A stretch of 64,000 nucleotides of DNA from an uncultured Acidobacteriota bacterium. GTDB taxonomy: Bacteria; Acidobacteriota; Thermoanaerobaculia; UBA5066; DATFVB01. Shown one piece after another: positions 56,428 to 64,000 of this stretch. A program made the translations under genes and the position numbers. The notes under the pieces were generated by a model, which did no database searches, was not told the origin of the DNA, and saw nothing but the letters and a program-made list of their open reading frames with translations. The stretch is from assembly GCA_963813155.1 (NCBI GenBank), contig CAWEYG010000002.1, positions 704,001 through 768,000 of the forward strand, given 5' to 3'. The number at the start of each line of letters is the position of its first letter. Position 1 is the first letter of the stretch.

Positions 56428-59138
56428 CGCTAGCTTCCGGTTCCCGGCTCGGCCCCTACGAAATCCTCTCGCCGCTCGGCGCGGGCGGGATGGGAGAGGT
56501 GTACCGGGCGAAGGACACGAAGCTCCACCGCGATGTCGCGGTCAAGGTGCTTCCCGAGTCGCTCGCAAAGGATCCCGACGCGTTGGCCAGATTCGAAAGA
56601 GAGGCGCACGCCGTCGCGGCGCTCAACCACCCGAATATCCTTTCGATCTTCGACTTCGGGTCGCACGAGGGCTCCACCTTCGCGGTGATGGAGCTGCTGG
56701 AAGGAGAGACGCTGCGCGAGGTCCTCTCCGAAGGCGCTCCGCCTCTTCGCCGAACCACGGAATGGGCGCGACAGATCGCCGCCGGTCTGGCCGCGGCGCA
56801 CGGAAAAAGCATCGTCCATCGCGACCTGAAGCCCGACAACATCTTCGTCACGAACGACGGCCGCGTGAAGATCCTCGATTTCGGGCTCGCGAAGCCGACC
56901 GCGAAGGACCGCGCGACGGATCAAACTCACTCTCCCACGGTCTCCGCCTACACGGAACCGGGCACCGTGATGGGGACGGTCGGCTACATGTCGCCGGAAC
57001 AAGTGAAAGGGCGCGAGGTCGACGCTCGCTCGGACATCTTCGCGTTCGGCGCGGTCCTCTACGAAATGCTGACGGGCCGACGCGCGTTCCAGCGCGAGAC
57101 GGCCGCCGAGACGATGACGGCCATCCTTCGGGAAGAGCCCGCCGATCCCGGCGCCACCGGGAAGAGCATCCCGCCGGCGCTCGACCGGATCGTAAGGCAC
57201 TGCCTCGAAAAGAAGCCAGAACAGCGCTTTCAATCGGCGAGCGACATCGGTTTTGCCCTTGAGGATCTTTCAGGCTCCTCAGCTGTGCCGGCAATGCCCG
57301 GAAGCGTCGCCCCTTCGCGGAGATTCTTGATCGCGGCGGCAGTTCTCGCGGGAATGCTCGCCGGCGCGGCCCTGGCGCTCTGGCTTCGGCGTTCCCCGGA
57401 GCCGGAAGCGATCCGGCTGCGCGCGCTCACGTTCTCGAGCAAGGACAGCGATCCCTCGGCGTCGCCCGACGGGCGTCTCATCGCGTTCACGTCGTGGCGC
57501 GACGGCACCTCGCGCATTTGGATCAAACAGCTCGTCGGAGGCGGCGAGGCTCCGCTCACATCGGGCTCGGACCGCCGTCCCCGGTTCTCCCCCGACGGCT
57601 CGAGCATTCTTTTTCTCCGGAACGCCGGCACGACCCAGGCGGTCTTTCGGGTCGGGCTCGTCGGCGGGGAGCCGAGGCGGCTCGTCGACGACGCGGTCGA
57701 GGCCGACTGGTCGCCGGACGGGAAGAAGATCGTCTTCATCCGGCTCCACGAGGGCCAGTTGCTCGCCGGCACGATGCTCGTCTACGACACGGAGACCGGC
57801 AAAGAATCCCTGATCGTCGACGGCAAAGGCCAGGCGTTGTTCTGCCCGCGCTGGGCGCCCGATGGCCGGTCGATCGTCTTTGCCCGCGGTGACCGAAACC
57901 GCAACGCCCCCGAGTGGGAGCTGATGCGCGTCGATACGGCGACGCGCAAGGTGACTCCCGTCCCGCCCGGCGCGAAGGGGAACCCGACCGGCGGTTTTGC
58001 GTGGTCGGGAGACGGGCGCGAGTTCTTCTTCGTTCAGTCTGCCAGCTCCATGGGAGACGTCTCCGGCTCGGAAAGTCGCGTCTACCGGTGCGACGCCCGG
58101 ACGGGAAAGCGCACCACGATGCTCTGGAGTGACGGGCTCGCGACCATCAACGGAACCGAAGGCGGAGTCGCGTACTGCGACGTGCTCTCACCCGGGCGCC
58201 TCCTGATCGCCGAGCGACGGCACCGGCAGAACCTGCGGGAGCTCTCGCTCGGAAAGACCGGGACGCCGGCGGCCCCGCGCCTCCTCACGCAGGGAAACTC
58301 CGTGGACCGCCAGCCGACCTACTCGCCCGACGGCAAGCAAATTCTCTTTTCCTCAAACCGAAACGCGAATCTGGACCTCTGGCTCCTCGACGTCGCCGCC
58401 GGCTCGCTTCGTCAGTTCACCGACGACTCCGCACAGGACTGGGACCCGGGCTTCACTCCCGACGGCAGGCAGATCCTCTGGGACAACGACCGAGGCGGAC
58501 ATCTCGAGGTCTGGATCGCGAACTCCGACGGGAGCGGCGCGCGCCAGCTCACGCGGGACGGCATGGACGCGGAGAATCCGACCATGACGGCCAACGGAAA
58601 ATGGGTCGTGTACTGGAGCGGGAACCCGGCGAAACACGGCATCTGGAAAATTCACCCCGATGGCTCGGGAGCCGCACAGCTCGCGTCGGGAAGCGCCGTC
58701 GGCACGGACGTTTCGCCGGACGGCCGCTACGTCCTCAGCGCCGCCCAGGAGCAGAGCAACCTGCGTTGCGTCGTTCGCTTTCTCGAGATCGAATCGGGCA
58801 AGGTCGATCCGTTCACAATCGTCGTTCCCTACACGCTCGCGGCGCCGGGCGTCATTTACGGCCGCGCGCGCTGGGCGCCCGATGGCCGGTCGATCTACTA
58901 CATCGGGCAGAACGCCGCGGGGCTCTCGGGCGTCTTTCAGCAGGATTTCGCTCCCGGCCGCGACACGTCGGTCACGCGGCGGCAGGTCGCGGGGTTCTCG
59001 CCCGAGTACGTCACGGAGTCCCTGGGGATTTCGCCCGACGGCTCGAAGATCACGATCTCGACCGGCGACGAGTTCGCGACGATCCTTCTCGCCGAGGGCG
59101 TTCCGGGTGCGTTGCCGCAGGTTCGAAAGTCCCCCTAG
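56424..59138 (+). CDS. Ser/Thr protein kinase with TM and TolB-like propellers
   Basis: [14 protein letters not shown]; LTFSSKDSDPSASPDG and DRQPTYSPDG PD40 repeats. Confidence 0.94.
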   Translation: MTLASGSRLGPYEILSPLGAGGMGEVYRAKDTKLHRDVAVKVLPESLAKDPDALARFEREAHAVAALNHPNILSIFDFGSHEGSTFAVMELLEGETLREVLSEGAPPLRRTTEWARQIAAGLAAAHGKSIVHRDLKPDNIFVTNDGRVKILDFGLAKPTAKDRATDQTHSPTVSAYTEPGTVMGTVGYMSPEQVKGREVDARSDIFAFGAVLYEMLTGRRAFQRETAAETMTAILREEPADPGATGKSIPPALDRIVRHCLEKKPEQRFQSASDIGFALEDLSGSSAVPAMPGSVAPSRRFLIAAAVLAGMLAGAALALWLRRSPEPEAIRLRALTFSSKDSDPSASPDGRLIAFTSWRDGTSRIWIKQLVGGGEAPLTSGSDRRPRFSPDGSSILFLRNAGTTQAVFRVGLVGGEPRRLVDDAVEADWSPDGKKIVFIRLHEGQLLAGTMLVYDTETGKESLIVDGKGQALFCPRWAPDGRSIVFARGDRNRNAPEWELMRVDTATRKVTPVPPGAKGNPTGGFAWSGDGREFFFVQSASSMGDVSGSESRVYRCDARTGKRTTMLWSDGLATINGTEGGVAYCDVLSPGRLLIAERRHRQNLRELSLGKTGTPAAPRLLTQGNSVDRQPTYSPDGKQILFSSNRNANLDLWLLDVAAGSLRQFTDDSAQDWDPGFTPDGRQILWDNDRGGHLEVWIANSDGSGARQLTRDGMDAENPTMTANGKWVVYWSGNPAKHGIWKIHPDGSGAAQLASGSAVGTDVSPDGRYVLSAAQEQSNLRCVVRFLEIESGKVDPFTIVVPYTLAAPGVIYGRARWAPDGRSIYYIGQNAAGLSGVFQQDFAPGRDTSVTRRQVAGFSPEYVTESLGISPDGSKITISTGDEFATILLAEGVPGALPQVRKSP

Positions 59139-59183
59139 AACCCGATCCGCGCTCCGCCGCGATATGATCGCCCGCGAAAATCG

Positions 59184-61793
59184 ATGACCATTTCCGCCGG
59201 CACGAAACTCGGCCCTTATGAAATCCTCGCGCCGATCGGCGCCGGGGGCATGGGCGAGGTCTACAAAGCGCGCGACACGCGGCTCGGGCGGGAAGTCGCC
59301 ATCAAGGTCCTGCCGGAGAATCTCGCGAGCGACGCCGATGCAAGGGCACGGTTCGAACGGGAAGCCCAGGCGGTCGCGGCGCTGTCGCACCCGAACATCC
59401 TCGCGATCCACGATTTCGGAATCGAAAACGGCGTCGCGTACTCCGTGACGGAGCTCCTCGACGGGGAGACCCTTCGCTCGAGGATCTCCGGCTCGCCGCT
59501 CCCGGGCCGCAAAGCGCTCGACTTCGGTCTCCAGATCGCGCGCGGACTCGCGGCTGCCCACGAGCGGGGAATCGTCCACCGCGACCTGAAGCCCGAGAAC
59601 GTCTTCCTGACGAAAGACGGCCACGTGAAGATCCTCGACTTCGGCCTGGCGCGGATGACCGGCTTCGCCGGCTTCGGCGCCGCGACGAACGCCCCGACGG
59701 TCGAAGCCGCGGGAACGGCGCCGGGCACGGTCATGGGAACGGTCGGGTACATGTCGCCGGAGCAGGTTCGGGGGCGCGAAGCCGATCATCGGACGGACAT
59801 CTTCTCGTTCGGAGCCGTCCTCTACGAGATGTTGTCGGGCCGCCGCGCCTTTCGAGGAGACAGCGCGGCCGACACGATGACTGCAATCCTAAAGGAAGAG
59901 CCGCCCGATCTGTCAGAAACGAACCAGGCCGTTCCGGCCGCGCTCGAGAGGCTCGTCCACCACTGCCTCGAGAAGAACCCCGAAGACCGGTTTCAATCCG
60001 CGCGAGACCTCGCCTACGACCTCGAGGCCGTGTCGGGCCTTTCCGCGTCTGACTCGCGGGCCGCGAAGGCGCGCGGAGGCTTCCCGCGCCTGCCGAAGGT
60101 CGCGCTGCCGGCCGCGGCGGCCGCCGTGGTTGTCGCCCTCGCGATCGGTTGGTTCGCGGCGAAACGCCTCGGCCCGAAGGGCGGGGCGGAGAACGCGAAT
60201 TTCCGGCAACTGACGTTCCGGCGCGGATTCGTCGGGTCCGCGCGTTTCGCGCCCGACGGGCAGTCCGTCGTCTTCTCCGCCGAGTGGGACGGCCAACCCG
60301 CCGAAGTGTTCCTGAAGCGGCCCGACTCTCCGGACGCGCTCTCCCTGCAACTCCCCCCCTCGGAAGTGCTCGCGGTCTCCCCGAGCGGGCAGGCCGCGAT
60401 CGCGCTCGATTGCAAACAGGTCCACAACGGCGCCTGCGCCGGCACTCTCGCCGTCGTGCCGCTCTCCGGAGGTGCTCCGCGCCCGCTGGAGGACGGAGTC
60501 CAGTGGGCCGAGTGGTCTCCCGACGGAAGCTCGATGGCGATCGTTCACGAGACCGAGGGGAAGGCGAAGCTCGAGTACCCCGTCGGGAAAGTCCTTTACG
60601 AAAACGCCGGCCACATCAGCTGGCCCCGCTTCTCGCCCGACGGAAAGACGATCGCGATCTTCGACCACCCGTTTGGAATCGACGACCGCGGCGCCGTCGC
60701 CCTCATCGACCTGGCCGGCCGCCGGACGAAGCTCTCGCGCGACTACGAAAGTGTCCAGGGGCTCGCGTGGTCGCCCGACGGGCGGGAGGTCTGGTTCTCC
60801 GGCGCCGAGTCGGGGACGGGACGCGCGCTCCGGGCGGTGACGCTTTCCGGAAAGGAACGGGTCGTTTCCAAGGTTCCCGGCGGCCTCACGCTTCGCGACA
60901 TTTCGAAGACCGGTCTCGTGCTCTTGAGCCACGAGAACGTTCGAAAGGGAATCATGGGGCTCGGCCCGGGCCAGACGAAGGAGAAGGAGCTCTCGTGGCT
61001 CGAATGGTCGCTTCCGTACGACCTCTCGCGGGACGGGACGACGCTTCTGTTCAATGAGCAGGGCCAGGCGACCGGAGACAACTATGCCGTCTGTATTCGA
61101 AAGACGGACGGATCCCCCGTCGTGCGCCTCGGAGACGGGATTCCCCGCGCGCTCTCCCCCGACGGCAAGTGGGTGATCGCGAACCTTCCGAAGCCGGGAG
61201 CGCCGTTGGCGCTTCTCCCGACGGGGACCGGCCAACCCCGCGACCTGCCGACGGGAAATCTCTCCCAGTTCGGCAGCGTTCTCTGGCTTCCCGACAGCCG
61301 CCGCTTCGTTTTCGGCGCCAACGAGCCAGGACCATCGAGGCGGGTTTTCCTCCAGGACATCGACGGGGGCGCGCCTCGCGCGGTGTCTCCCCAGGGTGTC
61401 GCAATTCCCGGTTTCGGCCTTTCGGCCGACGGAAAGACCCTTTACCTCCCCGGGGCCGACGGGAAGCCGCTCGCCTATCCTCTCGAGGGCGGGGCAGCAC
61501 CGGCGCCCGCGTTCCCGCACGTCGACTTCGCGAGCCTCGCGGACTTTCAGCCGATCAGCGCCAGCGGCGACGGCCGTTTCATCTTCTTCCGCGACGTGGG
61601 GAAGGTTCCCGTCTCGGTCTACCGGGTCGACGTCGAAACCGGAAAGAAGGAGCTGATGCGCGAGCTGAGCCCGGGCGATCCGGCCGGGCTGCAGGGGATC
61701 GGCCAGATCCACCTCTCGGCCGACGGGCGGTACTACGTCTACGGTTACACGCGGGCGCTCTCGGACCTCTATGCCGTCGACGGTCTGAAATAG
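59184..61793 (+). CDS. Ser/Thr protein kinase with TM and TolB-like propellers
   Basis: HRDLKPEN, DFGLAR; FRQLTFRRG...ARFAPDG; C-terminal SDLYAVDGLK. Confidence 0.94.
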   Translation: MTISAGTKLGPYEILAPIGAGGMGEVYKARDTRLGREVAIKVLPENLASDADARARFEREAQAVAALSHPNILAIHDFGIENGVAYSVTELLDGETLRSRISGSPLPGRKALDFGLQIARGLAAAHERGIVHRDLKPENVFLTKDGHVKILDFGLARMTGFAGFGAATNAPTVEAAGTAPGTVMGTVGYMSPEQVRGREADHRTDIFSFGAVLYEMLSGRRAFRGDSAADTMTAILKEEPPDLSETNQAVPAALERLVHHCLEKNPEDRFQSARDLAYDLEAVSGLSASDSRAAKARGGFPRLPKVALPAAAAAVVVALAIGWFAAKRLGPKGGAENANFRQLTFRRGFVGSARFAPDGQSVVFSAEWDGQPAEVFLKRPDSPDALSLQLPPSEVLAVSPSGQAAIALDCKQVHNGACAGTLAVVPLSGGAPRPLEDGVQWAEWSPDGSSMAIVHETEGKAKLEYPVGKVLYENAGHISWPRFSPDGKTIAIFDHPFGIDDRGAVALIDLAGRRTKLSRDYESVQGLAWSPDGREVWFSGAESGTGRALRAVTLSGKERVVSKVPGGLTLRDISKTGLVLLSHENVRKGIMGLGPGQTKEKELSWLEWSLPYDLSRDGTTLLFNEQGQATGDNYAVCIRKTDGSPVVRLGDGIPRALSPDGKWVIANLPKPGAPLALLPTGTGQPRDLPTGNLSQFGSVLWLPDSRRFVFGANEPGPSRRVFLQDIDGGAPRAVSPQGVAIPGFGLSADGKTLYLPGADGKPLAYPLEGGAAPAPAFPHVDFASLADFQPISASGDGRFIFFRDVGKVPVSVYRVDVETGKKELMRELSPGDPAGLQGIGQIHLSADGRYYVYGYTRALSDLYAVDGLK

Positions 61794-61887
61794 AAAACCG
61801 CGCTCCGCGGTATGATCCGGGCTCGGATCAATGACACTCTCAACCGAAAGAAATGACGACCCTGTTTTTGGTTAGAATTTCCAACGG

Positions 61888-64000
61888 ATGACATTACCCG
61901 CCGGAACGAAGCTCGGCCCGTTCGAGATTCTCGCGCCCATCGGCGCGGGCGGAATGGGAGAGGTCTATCGAGCGCGGGACAGCCGCCTCGGCCGGGAAGT
62001 CGCCGTGAAGGTGCTGCCCGTCGAGTTTTCGGCCGATGCGGAGCGCCGAAGGCGTTTCGAGCAGGAGGCCCGCTCCGCGTCGGCGCTGAACCACCCGAAC
62101 ATCGTCACGATCCACGAGATCGGATCGACCGACTCCACGATTTACATCGCGATGGAGCTCCTCGAAGGGAGAACTCTCCGAGAGGTGCTGCACGGAAATG
62201 CTCTTCCCACGAAAAAGCTCCTCGATCTCGCCTGCCAGATCTCCGACGGACTCGCCCGGGCGCACGCCGCCGGGATCGTCCACCGCGATCTGAAGCCGGA
62301 GAACGTGATGGTTTCCCGCGACGGAGTCGCAAAGATCCTCGACTTCGGCCTCGCGAAGCTCGTGAAAACCTCCGACGGGGAAGCCTCGGACCTTCCCACC
62401 CGGACGCAGGGCACCGAGGCCGGGGCCGTGATGGGAACAGCGGGCTACATGTCGCCGGAGCAGGCGAGCGGGAGACCCGTGGACTTCCGGACCGACCAGT
62501 TCTCGCTGGGATCGATCTTCTACGAGATGGCGACGGGAAAGAGGGCGTTCCATCGTTCGACGAACGCCGAGACGTTGACCGCGATCATCCGCGAAGAAGT
62601 CGAGCCCGTCGCCCAGATTAACGCCGCGGTCCCGGCGCCGTTTCGATGGATCGTCGAGCGGTGCCTTCAAAAGGACCCCGAGGAGCGCTACGCCTCGACG
62701 CGGGATCTCGCTCGGGACGTCCGGGATGCGCGCGACCATCTGTCGGAATCCGCGGGCTCCGGAGCCGTCTCGGGGAGAGTCGCCGCGTCCCCGGCGAAGC
62801 GCGCGGGGCGTCCGGCGCGCGCGGTGGCCGCGGTCGCCGCAATCGCGGGCGCGCTTCTCCTGGGAATGTTCCTCGAGAAGAAGATCAGCCGCCCGGTTCC
62901 CCCCTCGTACCAGCAGATCACGTTCGGCAGCGGCACGATCCGTTCGGCCCGGTTCGCTCCGGACGGTCAGACTCTCGTCTACAGCGCCTCCTGGAACGGC
63001 GGCCCGCTGAAGATCTTTCTCAAACACCCGAGCAGCCCCGACTCTCTGCCGCTCGAATTGCCGACCGCAAACCTCCTCTCGATCTCTCCCTCGGGCGAAA
63101 TGGCAATCGCTCTCGACTGCCAGTCGAACCATCCCGGCGTCTGCGCCGGAAAGCTCGCGCGGGCAGCCCTGACCGGCGGAGCGCCCCGCGACGTCGCCGA
63201 CGGCATCCAGGAAGCGGACTGGTCCTCCGACGGGAGCTCCCTTCTCCTCGTGCGCGACTCGGACGGAAAGTCGCTGATCGAGTATCCGATGGGCAAGGTC
63301 CTCTACCGGACCTCCGGACACGTCAGCTACGCGCGCCTTTCCCCGAAGGGGGATCGGATCGCGTTCATGGATCATCCCTTTCCGCTGGACGACGCGGGAA
63401 CCGTCGCCGTCGTGGACTTGAACGGGAACAAGAAGACGTTGACCGGCAAATGGGCCAGCGAAGGGGGCCTCGCCTGGTCGGCGTCGGGCGACGAGATCTG
63501 GTTCACGGCCACCGAGGCGGGCGCCAATCGCTCACTCTACGGGGTGACGCTGACCGGCCGGATGCGCGTCGTCGCCCGCGTGCCCGGAGGACTGAAGCTG
63601 CACGACATCGCGCGCAACGGCCGCGTGCTGCTGACCCGGGAAAGCCCGCGCGTCGGCATTCTCGGCATGCTCCAGGGCGACGCGAAGGAAAGCGACATGT
63701 CGTTTCTCGACTATTCCTTCGCGGCCGACATGGGCGTCGACTCGCACGCGCTCCTTTTCGACGAGGAGGGAGAAGCGGGCGGGGCAAACTACACGGTCTA
63801 TCTGCGCAAGTCGGATCACTCGCCCGTCGTGCGGCTCGGCGAAGGCAACGCGCTCTCCCTCTCCCCCGACGGCAAGTGGGCCCTGTCCATCATGCCCGTT
63901 CCGAATTCTCCCTTCCGCCTGCTCGCCACGGGAACGGGAGAGCCGCGTCTCCTTTCGATCGGCAGCATCAACCCCGAACAGGCGGCGACCTGGTTCCCCG
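61888..64000 (+). CDS. Ser/Thr protein kinase with TM and TolB-like propellers (runs off the window)
   Basis: ATG 61888 gives [27 protein letters not shown]...HRDLKPEN...DFGLAK...YQQITFGSG...ARFAPDG; missing from the ORF track because there is no stop in the window. Confidence 0.92.
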   Translation, partial: MTLPAGTKLGPFEILAPIGAGGMGEVYRARDSRLGREVAVKVLPVEFSADAERRRRFEQEARSASALNHPNIVTIHEIGSTDSTIYIAMELLEGRTLREVLHGNALPTKKLLDLACQISDGLARAHAAGIVHRDLKPENVMVSRDGVAKILDFGLAKLVKTSDGEASDLPTRTQGTEAGAVMGTAGYMSPEQASGRPVDFRTDQFSLGSIFYEMATGKRAFHRSTNAETLTAIIREEVEPVAQINAAVPAPFRWIVERCLQKDPEERYASTRDLARDVRDARDHLSESAGSGAVSGRVAASPAKRAGRPARAVAAVAAIAGALLLGMFLEKKISRPVPPSYQQITFGSGTIRSARFAPDGQTLVYSASWNGGPLKIFLKHPSSPDSLPLELPTANLLSISPSGEMAIALDCQSNHPGVCAGKLARAALTGGAPRDVADGIQEADWSSDGSSLLLVRDSDGKSLIEYPMGKVLYRTSGHVSYARLSPKGDRIAFMDHPFPLDDAGTVAVVDLNGNKKTLTGKWASEGGLAWSASGDEIWFTATEAGANRSLYGVTLTGRMRVVARVPGGLKLHDIARNGRVLLTRESPRVGILGMLQGDAKESDMSFLDYSFAADMGVDSHALLFDEEGEAGGANYTVYLRKSDHSPVVRLGEGNALSLSPDGKWALSIMPVPNSPFRLLATGTGEPRLLSIGSINPEQAATWFP

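Noticed and set aside
49533-64000. Diversity-generating retroelement acting on the kinase sensors
   Set aside because: No reverse transcriptase and no template/variable repeat pair with adenine-specific differences was seen.

Overview
High-GC bacterial chromosomal window. Gene content resembles Acidobacteria (inference). It holds seven paralogous membrane-anchored Ser/Thr kinases with TolB-like propellers (two at 7.5-12.8 kb, five at 49.5-64 kb) and a housekeeping block (tRNA-Arg, tRNA-His, purD, lepB, bshC-bshB1-bshA, YigZ-family gene, adenosine deaminase). An accessory regulatory region spans about 6-34 kb. It contains three sigma54-type promoters (two with shared GTCC-N8-GGAC upstream sites), a pseudo-receiver plus EAL/Zn-ribbon pair and a translationally coupled TetR-RHH-RHH-XRE cassette upstream of a TonB-dependent receptor. 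It also has a TonB receptor-YfiR-histidine kinase cluster ending at a tRNA-Arg integration scar. Other notable items are a DapA homologue lacking its catalytic Lys, several highly structured intergenic elements and apparently leaderless genes. About ten small frameshifts in otherwise intact genes suggest consensus errors, so single-base conclusions need read-level checks. No CRISPR array, integrase, transposase or rRNA was seen. All product calls come from motif recognition, not database searches.
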